NCBI GenBank assembly: GCA_963662405.2
Contig: CAXXKT010000002.1
Location: 32,001-96,000 of the forward strand
Length of the DNA: 64,000 nt
Reading direction: 5' to 3'
Source: Syntrophales bacterium
GTDB taxonomy: Bacteria; Desulfobacterota; Syntrophia; Syntrophales; UBA2210
The translations under genes were made by a program, and so were the position numbers. Shown here one piece after another: positions 8,303-17,596 of the stretch. The notes under the pieces are model-generated. The model saw only the letters and a program-made list of their open reading frames with translations. It searched no databases and was not told the DNA's origin. Positions within the stretch are counted from its first letter, which is position 1. Each line of letters begins with the position of its first letter.

Positions 8303-9373
8303 CTACAGCCATTTTTTCCTTTTAAAGAAGCCGAGCAAACCCACTGCAACGGCGATCATCGCGACCCAGAGCACCGGATAGGCCCAACGTACCTTCAGTT
8401 CCGGCATAAACTCGAAGTTCATACCGTAGATCCCGGCCATGAATGTCAGGGGGATAAAGATGGACGCGAAGATGGTCAGCACCTTCATCACCTCGTTCAT
8501 CTTGTTGCTCACGCTCGAGAGATAGAGATCGATCATCCCGGAAAGGATATCCTGGTAGGTCTCCACGGAATCGATTACCTGGATTGTATGGTCGTAGAGA
8601 TCGCGAAGATATGGGGAGATATCGGCGCTGATCAGTGCCGATTCGGCCCTCTCCAGACCGCTGATGACTTCCCTGAGCGGCCAGACAGATTTACGCAGAA
8701 AGATGATTTCCTGCTTGAGGTTATGGATATCCTGGAGGGTCTGAGGTTGTGGGTTTTGTGATAATTCCTCTTCCAGCGCTTCAATCCGTTCACCGCATTT
8801 CTCCAGGAGGATGAAATAGTGGTCGACGATGGAGTCGATGAGGGCATAGGCGAGGTAATCCGCCCCCATGCGTCTCACTCTGCCCTTACCGTTCCGTATC
8901 CTTTCACGCAGGGGATTGAAGACGTCCCCGGGGGCCTCCTGGAAGGAGATAACGAAGTGTTGCCCCAGTATGATGCTGATCTGCTCGGTTCGGACCGTAT
9001 CCGCATCATCATCGTAACGAAGCATCTTTAAGATAACGAGGACGTAAGAATCGGCATCTTCCATCTTCGGGCGCTGTCCCGTGTGGAGGATATCCTCCTG
9101 GATCAGGGGATGGACCCCGAACTGTTCCCCGATCTTTTCGATGATCGACACGTCGTGTAGACCGTTGACATTGATCCATGTCACCCTAGAGGTCTCTTTA
9201 AAGGAAAAAGTCTGCTCGACCTCTGCAACCTGCTGTTCATGAAAGATGGTCTGATCATAGTCCATCACGGTGATGGTTACCGTCTCGGTCTTCCTTTCTC
9301 CGATGTGAACGAGAGAACCCGGAGAGAGCCCCACCTTGGAAGATGCTCGTTTGAATAATTTCGGCATGGTCAT
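8303..9373 (-). CDS. corA: Magnesium/cobalt transporter CorA
   Basis: VTWINVNGLHD, QRPKME, MNEVMKVLT, YGMNF motif and two C-terminal TM helices. Confidence 0.95.
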   Translation of the reverse strand: MTMPKLFKRASSKVGLSPGSLVHIGERKTETVTITVMDYDQTIFHEQQVAEVEQTFSFKETSRVTWINVNGLHDVSIIEKIGEQFGVHPLIQEDILHTGQRPKMEDADSYVLVILKMLRYDDDADTVRTEQISIILGQHFVISFQEAPGDVFNPLRERIRNGKGRVRRMGADYLAYALIDSIVDHYFILLEKCGERIEALEEELSQNPQPQTLQDIHNLKQEIIFLRKSVWPLREVISGLERAESALISADISPYLRDLYDHTIQVIDSVETYQDILSGMIDLYLSSVSNKMNEVMKVLTIFASIFIPLTFMAGIYGMNFEFMPELKVRWAYPVLWVAMIAVAVGLLGFFKRKKWL

Positions 9374-9376
9374 CCG

Positions 9377-11005
9377 TTACCCTTTGTCCTCTTGCCCTGT
9401 CCGTTTCAGATCGTCGAGACCGGAAAGGGTTATGTTCAGTGGTCTCCGATCGTCCTGTGCCAGATAGGTAGTGGTGGTCGGGAAGGCGAACTCGATTCCT
9501 TCCGCTTCGAATGCGCGCATGATCCGAAAGTTGACCTTTTCGTTGAAACGTATGGCCTCCCAGAAATCAGGCGGATGGAACCAGTACCACACGGCTATAT
9601 TCAAAGAGGCGTCATTGAATTCGTTAAAAAACACCTGTGGTGGATAATCAGGGTGCATCCCTTCATGATCTTTCAAGATATCCTTGATGATAGAAACGGC
9701 ACGTTCAACCTTTTCCACCGGTGTGTCGTAGGTAATGGTGATATTCGTCTGACGTCGGACACTGGGGCGCATGCCGATATTTTCGATGTTGGAACTTGCC
9801 ATCTTTTCGTTGGGTATGGAGACCACGTGACCGGGGAAGGTCCGCAGTCGGGTGCTTCGAAACCCGATTTCCTCGACATACCCATCGAAACTATCCACGA
9901 CGACCCGGTCCCCGATCCTGAAGGGCTTGTCCACCATGATCATGAAGCTGCCAAAGAGATTCTTCAGGGTATCCTGGGCGGCCAGGGCAACTGCCAGACC
10001 GCCGATACCCAGACCGGCGAGGAGGGTCGTCATCGGTTTTCCCGTCGCAGCCTTGAGGAGGTAGATCGAGCCGAACAGAATAACCAGGACCTTCGCGACG
10101 ATGCGGACCATCTGGACGAAGTTCATGTCGAACTCGTTGTCGTCTCTCTTGACGAACCGGGTCAGTTCGTATTCGATCACCGCCAGGATTTGGTAGAAAA
10201 AGGTGACAACCACCAGGGTCCCGACGACGTTGGTCATTATCTCTATTACCCGGTCGGTCGAGGCAGGGAGCTTGAGGATTTCCTGCGTTGCGTAAATGGC
10301 GATGGCGAGAAGGAGCAGGCGAATGGGCCAGAGGGCCGCCTTGAGGAGGAGATGCAGACGGATCTTCTCCTCATCGTCCCTCAGGGCAACGGTTAGGGTG
10401 CTCAGGAAGGTGGTCAGGAACCTTCCTCCCACATAAAGGATCGCATATACAAGAAAGAGCGTTACATACAGCCACCAGGAAGATCTCCAGAGCCACGGCG
10501 GAAAGAGATCCCGCTGGGTATACGAAAAAACGATGACTACGGAGACAATCGTAGCGATCCTCAGGACTCCCCTGAAGCGTGTGAGGAAAGGTTCCGCAGT
10601 CTCCCTTGCCTGAGTTTCCGTGGGGAGAAGGTCTAAAAATCGTACGAGTTGAAAGATGAAAAGGATGCAGGCAATAGCAAAGAGAAAGGCCTCAAGTCCG
10701 TGGAGGAGAATAAGCAATTTGGGGGGGATTACCAGGGGGATCTCGGTAGCTCTCAGGAGCAGAGCGGCGACGGCGAGACGAAATGAGGGGACCAGGCCGG
10801 AAAGATAAGGGAGCCATGCCTTCACCCGTTTTACTTCCAGGATCACCTGAATCCGCCTGTTGAAATGGCGCCAGAGGAGCTCCAGCAAAAAAAATCCGAA
10901 GACCAGAATAGCGAGCGATATAAAGAACTGCCACGGAGCATTGCCGCTGCGTACCTTATCGAGAAGAGGAATAATCCCCTGAAAAAAATCGTTGAAACGG
11001 TCCAT
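9377..11005 (-). CDS. MscS-family mechanosensitive channel with extended N-terminal TM region
   Basis: LLAGLGIGGLAVALAAQDTLKN, DKPFRIGD, GYVEEIGFRSTRLRT, IPNE, GIEFAFPT. Confidence 0.93.
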   Translation of the reverse strand: MDRFNDFFQGIIPLLDKVRSGNAPWQFFISLAILVFGFFLLELLWRHFNRRIQVILEVKRVKAWLPYLSGLVPSFRLAVAALLLRATEIPLVIPPKLLILLHGLEAFLFAIACILFIFQLVRFLDLLPTETQARETAEPFLTRFRGVLRIATIVSVVIVFSYTQRDLFPPWLWRSSWWLYVTLFLVYAILYVGGRFLTTFLSTLTVALRDDEEKIRLHLLLKAALWPIRLLLLAIAIYATQEILKLPASTDRVIEIMTNVVGTLVVVTFFYQILAVIEYELTRFVKRDDNEFDMNFVQMVRIVAKVLVILFGSIYLLKAATGKPMTTLLAGLGIGGLAVALAAQDTLKNLFGSFMIMVDKPFRIGDRVVVDSFDGYVEEIGFRSTRLRTFPGHVVSIPNEKMASSNIENIGMRPSVRRQTNITITYDTPVEKVERAVSIIKDILKDHEGMHPDYPPQVFFNEFNDASLNIAVWYWFHPPDFWEAIRFNEKVNFRIMRAFEAEGIEFAFPTTTTYLAQDDRRPLNITLSGLDDLKRTGQEDKG

Positions 11006-11221
11006 AGTCTCCCTCCTCTAAGAAACCCCGTTACTATAGCAGATATTATGAGTTTGAAACACAAGGAAACTCTAAAATTTTATCTGGTGGTGTGGTAATG
11101 AGAAAGGGAGGATACGAAGGATGAGGAGATGACGGTGCTTCAACAAAAGAGTGTCGCAAGACAGGGCTCGATAGGACGGAATCCCGTAGCTGCCCACCTG
11201 TCGAATGATTCTCCGATATCA

Positions 11222-12118
11222 TTATGCCGAAGAGGACTTTGTCGATACTGCAGTTTTCTTTTTGAAAGAAACCCCTGAGATCTCATAGGAAATCGCACCA
11301 AATTTACACGATGACTGCATACATTTCAGACAGCGAATACAATCGTGTTGATTGGCGCCTTCGTAAAACCGCACCCCCATGGGGCAGTGATTGTAGCACT
11401 CTTTACACAGGACGCATTTGTCGGGATAATGCACCATCCTGAAGACGCTGACTTTGTTGAAGAGGGAGTAGATCGCCCCCAGGGGGCAAACGATTCGGCA
11501 GAAGGGTCGCTTGATGAACACCATTAGGGCCAGGGAAATGATCAGAATAACGATCTTGTTGAAATAGAGCCAACCGAAGAGTTCACGCAACTGGGGCTGG
11601 AGAAGGGTAAGGGGAATCCCCGCCTCAAGTGTTCCCGCCGGGCAGACATATTTACAGAACCACGTGACCCCGTAACCGAGCCCGTCAACAGCCAGAAGGG
11701 GGAGAAGGATTACAAAAAGGGCCAGAAAGCCGTATTTGAGATAGGTTAACCAGCGAGGGATCTCCATCTTACGCGAGGGAATCTTGTAAATCAGCTCCTG
11801 AAGAAAGCCGAAGGGGCAGACCCAGGCACAGGGCATGCGTCCGACCAGGCTCCCGGTCATCCCCAGTACCCCCAAGACATACAGACCGATGTGCGTATTG
11901 CCCGCCTTGAGACTCGGCCTGACATTCGCGAAAAGCGTCTGGAGCGAACCGAGGGGGCAGGCCCCCGTCGCCGCCGGGCAGGAATAACAGTTGAGCCCGG
12001 GGACGCAGATTGATTTGAGCTTCCCCTGGTATATGTTCCGGGTAAAGGGGAAGAGGAGGTAGGCGTTGCTGATCAGTGTTGCCGCACCCTGTATCCATCG
12101 TCGCAGGCGCGCCATCAT
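11222..12118 (-). CDS. Membrane 4Fe-4S binding protein (NapH/MauN-like)
   Basis: CVPGLNCYSCP..ACPLG, CAWVCPFG, FCKYVCPAG, FCRIVCPLGA, CxxCxxC..CP clusters; start placed at ATG overlapping the upstream small-ORF stop. Confidence 0.88.
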   Translation of the reverse strand: MMARLRRWIQGAATLISNAYLLFPFTRNIYQGKLKSICVPGLNCYSCPAATGACPLGSLQTLFANVRPSLKAGNTHIGLYVLGVLGMTGSLVGRMPCAWVCPFGFLQELIYKIPSRKMEIPRWLTYLKYGFLALFVILLPLLAVDGLGYGVTWFCKYVCPAGTLEAGIPLTLLQPQLRELFGWLYFNKIVILIISLALMVFIKRPFCRIVCPLGAIYSLFNKVSVFRMVHYPDKCVLCKECYNHCPMGVRFYEGANQHDCIRCLKCMQSSCKFGAISYEISGVSFKKKTAVSTKSSSA

Positions 12119-12261
12119 CCGATACCTATGCAACTCAGACAGATACGGACAGCTTTCTCCCAGACAGCCGCTGCTTCTCCATTGATAATACCGATAATGA
12201 CACAAGCCAGGGAGAGAAAAAAGAGAATGAAGCCACCCTTGCTGACGTTTTTCCGTATCAT
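12115..12261 (-). CDS. Small membrane CxxC protein (CD1871A-like), 48 aa, not in the ORF track
   Basis: MIRKNVSKGGFILFFLSLACVIIGIINGEAAAVWEKAVRICLSCIGIG; C-terminal KA..ICxxCIGIG motif; ATGA coupling to the 4Fe-4S gene. Confidence 0.8.
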   Translation of the reverse strand: MIRKNVSKGGFILFFLSLACVIIGIINGEAAAVWEKAVRICLSCIGIG

Positions 12262-12294
12262 AGAATCCCTTTTCTATCGGGTGATTAAACGATA

Positions 12295-12813
12295 TTAGTT
12301 GTTTGCACGCTCCTTCTCACACTCATCAAGAAGTGCGACTATCTTTCCTTCGATGAATGCCTTGTCTCGGCGGCCGAGGATTGATTCCACGACCGCTCCG
12401 TTTTTTATCAGATAGGAGAGAGGGATAGCAGAGATACGATAGTGTTTGGCGACCTTTTCGCCTCCCCAGTAAACGGGGAACTTGAGCCCCATCTGATCCA
12501 CAAGCGGTTGCATTGCCGATGGTCCCCCCATATCAAGGCTGATCCCAATTATCTTAAGGCCTCTGTCTTTGTACTTCTCATACATCTCCTGGAGAACCGG
12601 TAGTTCTGCCCGGCACGGAGCGCACCACGCAGCCATGGCGACCAGCATAACAGGGCACCCCCGTTCCTGTATCAATGTTTCGATTCCGGCAACATCAATA
12701 GGAACGATGGTGTTTTTTGTGTCCTGCGGAGGGGATGGTTCATCCTGAGAACAGCTGGAGGATATGGCCACGCACAATAGAATGACCAGAACAATCATCA
12801 ATTTTTTTTTCAT
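12295..12813 (-). CDS. TlpA-like thioredoxin-fold lipoprotein
   Basis: Signal peptide with SSSC lipobox, WCAPC, cis-Pro AIP. Confidence 0.85.
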   Translation of the reverse strand: MKKKLMIVLVILLCVAISSSCSQDEPSPPQDTKNTIVPIDVAGIETLIQERGCPVMLVAMAAWCAPCRAELPVLQEMYEKYKDRGLKIIGISLDMGGPSAMQPLVDQMGLKFPVYWGGEKVAKHYRISAIPLSYLIKNGAVVESILGRRDKAFIEGKIVALLDECEKERANN

Positions 12814-12937
12814 AGTTTCCCCTTGATCTTGCTTGGTATCCTTCGCTCGAAGTTGAAACACCGATGAACTTTATCATAATGGGACTGCAAATCAAGGGTT
12901 TTCGGCTTTATGATAGGCAACAGCGAACGAGAATCGA

Positions 12938-13141
12938 TCAGAAGGAGAGCGCTTCGCCCTTTCTCCGGCGATTTTTTGAGGTATGATCGCCGTTGTCCCC
13001 CAACTTCGCTTTTTTCCTGCGGCATTCCATGCACCGTCTGGGGATGCTGAAATTACGGGTTCTGTACCTGCGCTGTTCGGAGGCGGTGAAGACAAATTCA
13101 TCCCCGCACTGAATGCACCTGATTGTGATATCGTCCACCAT
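12938..13141 (-). CDS. Small zinc-ribbon protein (CxxC-x17-CxxC/zf-trcl-like)
   Basis: DITIRCIQCGDEFVFTASEQRRY....IPRRCMECRRKK. Confidence 0.8.
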   Translation of the reverse strand: MVDDITIRCIQCGDEFVFTASEQRRYRTRNFSIPRRCMECRRKKAKLGDNGDHTSKNRRRKGEALSF

Positions 13142-13157
13142 TCGGTTCCTATCGGTA

Positions 13158-13640
13158 TTATTGCGATTTATCAATGTTCTTCATGAAGATGACCTTGGTG
13201 TCTCCCTGCCGGTAGAAATCCTCCAGGATACAGACACTGCCATACCCCTGCTTTTTATAGAACCGTCGGGCAGGGGCATATGGAGGGGAGCTTGAGGTAT
13301 CGACATACACCTTTCCGCCTCCTTGCATGGCAATAATCTTCTCCATGAACTCGACAAGTTCGGACGCAACACCCCTCCCTCGAACCGGTGGATCTATCGC
13401 GATCCAATAAAGGTCATAGCGACGATCAGTCATCGGTATCGGGCCGAAGCAGATATACCCTCGGAATTGCCCCGCTTCGTCATAGGAGGAAAAGGCCTGA
13501 TAGTCGCCACCATCCTTTCGCGCCAGTACCTGATCGACAATCTCCATCGCGACGGCGATCTCTGCTTCGTTAAAAACGCCCGTCTGTTTCAGAATACGGA
13601 GGATCTCTTTTCTATCCTGATGTGTTATCGGTTTGATCAT
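13158..13640 (-). CDS. GNAT-family N-acetyltransferase
   Basis: GYICFGPIPMT..YDLYWIAIDP..RGRGVA, ARRFYKKQGY; real start ATG 13640. Confidence 0.9.
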   Translation of the reverse strand: MIKPITHQDRKEILRILKQTGVFNEAEIAVAMEIVDQVLARKDGGDYQAFSSYDEAGQFRGYICFGPIPMTDRRYDLYWIAIDPPVRGRGVASELVEFMEKIIAMQGGGKVYVDTSSSPPYAPARRFYKKQGYGSVCILEDFYRQGDTKVIFMKNIDKSQ

Positions 13641-13641
13641 A

Positions 13642-14640
13642 TCAGCACAACCGGAGTGACATAAATTGCAAGAAATAACGCACCATCTCAGCATACGGAA
13701 TCCCCGCATGTGAGAGAGAAGCGACAAATCCCGCATCCGGGCTGATGCACGGATTCGCATTAATCTCAAGGACAAAGGGGGTGTTCCGGGAGTCCGTCCT
13801 GATGTCGACCCGTGCATAGTCCCTGAGCATGAAGATACGAAAGCATTCACGGGCGATCTCCTCGAGTGATCCCTTGAGCGGAGAGGGGAGGTTATGAGGG
13901 AATTTTCTGACGGCGTTGTGATATTCCGGTGCCGATGCATCCCATTTTGCCCGATATCCAACGATACGATGGGTATCGGCCGGAAATGCCGAAAAATCTA
14001 TCTCTGCTATCGACATCACATCGGCCGTGGGATAACCGAAAAGGGAGACGTTGAATTCCCTTCCGTCGATGTATTCCTCGACGAGCAGGGACCCGAACCG
14101 TTTGTGAAGAGAGGGAAGTGCCTCCCGCAGGACATTTTCATCAAGAAAGACCGATTCCTGATCGATCCCGATACTGGCGTCCTCGAATCTCGGTTTTACG
14201 ATGATCGGGAAAGCGAGACAGGCGGCATTAAAATGGGGAGTACCTTCATATATGAGATATCCCGGTGTCCGTATTCCACACGCCTTCAATATCCGTTTTG
14301 TCGTGACCTTATCCGTCGTATAGGTGATGGCCCACGAGGGTGATCCGGTAAAGGGGATTCCCAGGAGCTCGAGGAGAGCGGCGGCGTGACCGGAAAAGAG
14401 AGGATTCTCATCGACGGTCTCACAGAGGTTGAAGACCTGATCGACGGGCTTGTCCCGAATCGTTGCAAGAAACGCATCTACATTCCGGGAAAAAGGAATT
14501 CGTATGGAGGGGTAACCCAGATCGCAGAAGACTTTCTCGATCGCGGCCACCTGTCTCATGACATCAGAAGAGGACTCGGAAAAAGAGTAGGGACCTGATG
14601 GTGGGACATTGTGCACCAATCCTATCAATGAGTTCTTCAT
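13642..14640 (-). CDS. D-Ala-D-Ala ligase-like ATP-grasp enzyme (copy 2)
   Basis: VFNLCE, GIPFTGS, DKVTTK, IIVKPRFEDASIGI, LVEEYIDGREF, YARVDIR, VLEINANP. Confidence 0.9.
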   Translation of the reverse strand: MKNSLIGLVHNVPPSGPYSFSESSSDVMRQVAAIEKVFCDLGYPSIRIPFSRNVDAFLATIRDKPVDQVFNLCETVDENPLFSGHAAALLELLGIPFTGSPSWAITYTTDKVTTKRILKACGIRTPGYLIYEGTPHFNAACLAFPIIVKPRFEDASIGIDQESVFLDENVLREALPSLHKRFGSLLVEEYIDGREFNVSLFGYPTADVMSIAEIDFSAFPADTHRIVGYRAKWDASAPEYHNAVRKFPHNLPSPLKGSLEEIARECFRIFMLRDYARVDIRTDSRNTPFVLEINANPCISPDAGFVASLSHAGIPYAEMVRYFLQFMSLRLC

Positions 14641-14643
14641 GGC

Positions 14644-15639
14644 CTACATACATACCTTACCCGCGCCGTTCAAGCGGCCCAGGGCAGAGCGCATAATCGC
14701 ATCAATCAGCGCGGTGTAGGTCATCCCCCTCCGTGCGGCGATGATACAGAGGTCCGAATTTTCCGGATGAAGTCCGGCAATGGGATTCACCTCCATGAAG
14801 TTCGGCACCCCCGCGGTATCCACGCGCAGGTCCACACGCCCCGAATCTCTTCCCCCGAGGCCGTGCCATGCCCTGAGTGCCGTCTCTTCCGCCTGCCGTG
14901 CTATTCCATCGTCCACCAGGCGGTATTCGACCCGTTCCTTGAAACGCTCTTTATTCTCGTAGGAATAGACTTCCGGGTCGGCGTTGTCCTTGAGCAGGAC
15001 CTCAATGGTGCCCATTGATACGGCATTCTTCCCCGTGCCGAGGATCCCCACGGTGAATTCGCGGCCGGGGAGAAAGGTTTCCACTAATGCGGCCTGTCGG
15101 TGTTCTCGGATAATCTTTTTGCATACCTGTTCAAGTGCATGCCGATCGGTAATCTTTGATGCGGCGTCAATCCCTTTTCCGGTCCCCTCTGCGACGGGTT
15201 TCGCAAAGAGAGGGTAGGGGAGATCAACGGTGGCAATCTCCGCCTCCGATTCCACGATACAGAACGAGGGGGTAGGGATTCCCAGATCCCGGAGTACCCG
15301 CTTCACCATCCCCTTGTGCAGGGTCAGGGAGAGGATCAGGGGATCGGAGAATGTATAGGGAATTCCGTACGCATCGAGAAGCGCGGGGACTTGTGCCTCA
15401 CGCCCGTATCCCCGGAGACCCTCGGCGATGTTGAAGACGATATCCCAGCGATCTCCCGAGCTGAGCCGCTGCACCAGGGCCTTGACGTTGCCGATCCTTA
15501 CGGGTTCATGTCCGAGATCCCTCAGACTTGTTTCTATCGCGAGGATCGTCTCCTCACGGTCGAACTCCGCCGTCGCCTCGGCGCCGTATCCGGCACGGAG
15601 ATACTCATCGCGGAGATCGTAGGTCATACCAACTTTCAT
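14644..15639 (-). CDS. D-Ala-D-Ala ligase-like ATP-grasp enzyme (copy 1)
   Basis: VFNIAEGL, REAQVPA, LFAKPVAEGTGKGI, LVETFLPGREFTVG, GRVDLR, MEVNPIAGL. Confidence 0.9.
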   Translation of the reverse strand: MKVGMTYDLRDEYLRAGYGAEATAEFDREETILAIETSLRDLGHEPVRIGNVKALVQRLSSGDRWDIVFNIAEGLRGYGREAQVPALLDAYGIPYTFSDPLILSLTLHKGMVKRVLRDLGIPTPSFCIVESEAEIATVDLPYPLFAKPVAEGTGKGIDAASKITDRHALEQVCKKIIREHRQAALVETFLPGREFTVGILGTGKNAVSMGTIEVLLKDNADPEVYSYENKERFKERVEYRLVDDGIARQAEETALRAWHGLGGRDSGRVDLRVDTAGVPNFMEVNPIAGLHPENSDLCIIAARRGMTYTALIDAIMRSALGRLNGAGKVCM

Positions 15640-15663
15640 CGCTTGCAAAATTCTCCTCAACGC

Positions 15664-16962
15664 CTAATGAATCTGAGCCGCATCCCCGTCGAAATACCGA
15701 TAGAGATCGCCGGCATAGTTCTTCAGAACGACGTCGTCGCCCTCCCGCCCCATCACGTAATCGGGCATCAGGGGGACTTTTCCCCCTCCGCCGGGACAGT
15801 CGATGACGTACGTCGGAACGGCGAAGCCGCTCGTGTAGCCACGCAGTCCCCTGATAATCTCCAGCCCTTTCTCGACCGGTGTCCTGAAATGTCCCGATCC
15901 GATAATCGGGTCACACTGGTAGAGATAGTAGGGCCTGACACGCATCATGACCAAGCCGTGAAAGAGCCGGCGCATAGTTTCAACGTCGTCGTTGATCCCA
16001 GAGAGCAGAACCGTCTGGCTCTGCAGGGGGATCCCGGCGTTCGCGAGATTGCTGCAGGCCTTTCTCACGTCCTCCGTCAGCTCCGCGGGATGGGTAAAGT
16101 GGATACTCATCCAGAGGGGATGGAACCGCCCCAGCATCCGGCAGAGGGCGGGGGTAATACGCTGAGGCATGACCACCGGCGCCTTGGTGCCGATTCGCAA
16201 TATCTCGACGTGGGGGATCCGGCGCAATCGGGACAGGAGCCATTCCAGAGTGTCGTCCGGAAGGGTCAGAGGATCTCCCCCCGAAAGCAGGACGTCACGT
16301 ATCGCACTGTTCGATTCGATATATTCTATTACCTTGTTCCACCTGTCTATCGAAAGACTGTGGTCCTTGGGACCTCCCACAATCCGTGACCGGGTACAAT
16401 AGCGGCAGTAGGTCGAGCAGGTATCGGTTATAAGGAAGAGCACCCTGTCGGGATAACGATGAACCAGGCCAGGCATGGGGGCATCCTTCTCCTCTCCCAG
16501 GGGGTCCTCACTCTCTCCCCGGGTCCTGACCCTTTCCGCCGCGGTCGGAATAACCGTTCGTCGCAGTGGTTGGGAGGGATCGCATGGATCGAGAAGGCTT
16601 GCGTAATATGGTGTGATCGCAACGGGTAATGCGGTACCATACGCGCTGAGAGCGCTGCGCTCTTCCGCGCTGAGTCGGAACATCCCTTCGAGTTCGTCCA
16701 ATGTAGTGATTCGATGGCGGAGCTGCCAGCGCCAGTCATTCCACTCGAGCGCACTCGCCCCCTTAAAAAATTTCCTTCGGAACTGGAGGGCCCCGCATTT
16801 CGCAGAAAATCCCGAAACAGCTTCCAATCTCGAGACTTTTTCCAGACCTGCACCGTCCGTTTTGATTCTATGAGCGTCTGTGTTTACCGTTCCAAGGGTC
16901 ACAGACGCGGTACTACCGTCGGGAGGCTCGCCATCCTCAAGGCTGATTTCCTGTTTCTCCAT
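15664..16962 (-). CDS. kamA: KamA-family radical SAM/PLP lysine 2,3-aminomutase
   Basis: WNDWRWQL, LVHRYPDRVL, CSTYCRYC (CxxxCxxC), LLSGGDPL, RPYYLYQCD, VIDCPGGGGK (PLP Lys). Confidence 0.9.
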   Translation of the reverse strand: MEKQEISLEDGEPPDGSTASVTLGTVNTDAHRIKTDGAGLEKVSRLEAVSGFSAKCGALQFRRKFFKGASALEWNDWRWQLRHRITTLDELEGMFRLSAEERSALSAYGTALPVAITPYYASLLDPCDPSQPLRRTVIPTAAERVRTRGESEDPLGEEKDAPMPGLVHRYPDRVLFLITDTCSTYCRYCTRSRIVGGPKDHSLSIDRWNKVIEYIESNSAIRDVLLSGGDPLTLPDDTLEWLLSRLRRIPHVEILRIGTKAPVVMPQRITPALCRMLGRFHPLWMSIHFTHPAELTEDVRKACSNLANAGIPLQSQTVLLSGINDDVETMRRLFHGLVMMRVRPYYLYQCDPIIGSGHFRTPVEKGLEIIRGLRGYTSGFAVPTYVIDCPGGGGKVPLMPDYVMGREGDDVVLKNYAGDLYRYFDGDAAQIH

Positions 16963-17001
16963 CGTTATTTTCCCCCTCGTTTGGGAATGCGAATCGAATC
17001 G

Positions 17002-17289
17002 TTATTCCAATACTTCATAAGACAATACCTTGATCACTCGATCTCCCTCATCTTCAACGATCTCTCCGGCGACCTTCACCTTCTCTCCGGCGTGACCAGC
17101 CAGTTCCTCCCCGTTATCATCCGTCATTATTTCGTAAACCTGATCGCCGTCTGCGATAATCTGAAAGTCATCGTTGACCTCACCCACGATCGTCACCGTA
17201 CTCGCCCCCCATGCAACACCCGAGATCAACACGGTAGTCATTATCAACACAAACCCCAGACATACAAAACACCGTACCTTCTGAAACAT
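17002..17289 (-). CDS. Small exported acidic beta-rich protein, first gene of the kamA operon
   Basis: Signal peptide ending AWG-A; GGAGG RBS; ends 39 bp before kamA. Confidence 0.7.
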   Translation of the reverse strand: MFQKVRCFVCLGFVLIMTTVLISGVAWGASTVTIVGEVNDDFQIIADGDQVYEIMTDDNGEELAGHAGEKVKVAGEIVEDEGDRVIKVLSYEVLE

Positions 17290-17330
17290 ACTAATCAAGC
17301 CTCCTTGTTGAGAATACTTTTCAACCGCTG

Positions 17331-17347
17331 AGCAAACAATGTGCCCA
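17331..17347 (-). promoter_or_regulatory. sigma54 -24/-12 promoter of the kamA operon
   Basis: Minus strand TGGGCACATTGTTTGCT = GG-N10-GC. Confidence 0.8.
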
Positions 17348-17400
17348 GCACATAACTATGCGATATCATGCATTGAAGAGATTATTGGGACCGCAGGGAT

Positions 17401-17540
17401 CGGAACCCTGAGTTCCGATTAAAGAAAACGGTGAAACGAAAAGACTTCAGATATAAAGTAATACCCTTTGTTATTATAGGCTAATACGACGAGAGGAACT
17501 AATTGTTCCCATTACAGGTATACCGGAATTGAGAATTCCG
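17401..17540. promoter_or_regulatory. Three palindromic enhancer (UAS)-like boxes GGAAY-N5-RTTCC
   Basis: CGGAAC-cctga-GTTCCG (17401-17417), GGAAC-taatt-GTTCC (17495-17509), CGGAAT-tgaga-ATTCCG (17524-17540). Confidence 0.75.
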
Positions 17541-17596
17541 ATTCTGTATCACAGGGGGGGGCAAAGAGGGCGTCGGGAAGATAGCAAATCGGCAGA

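Noticed and set aside
13642..15639. Housekeeping ddl genes or a van-type resistance cluster
   Set aside because: No mur/fts or vanH/vanX/vanRS context; N-termini differ from canonical Ddl; embedded in the kamA operon.
15664..16962. EF-P modification enzyme EpmB or lysine-fermentation KamA
   Set aside because: Longer than typical EpmB, and no efp/epmA or kamDE/kdd/kce neighbours.
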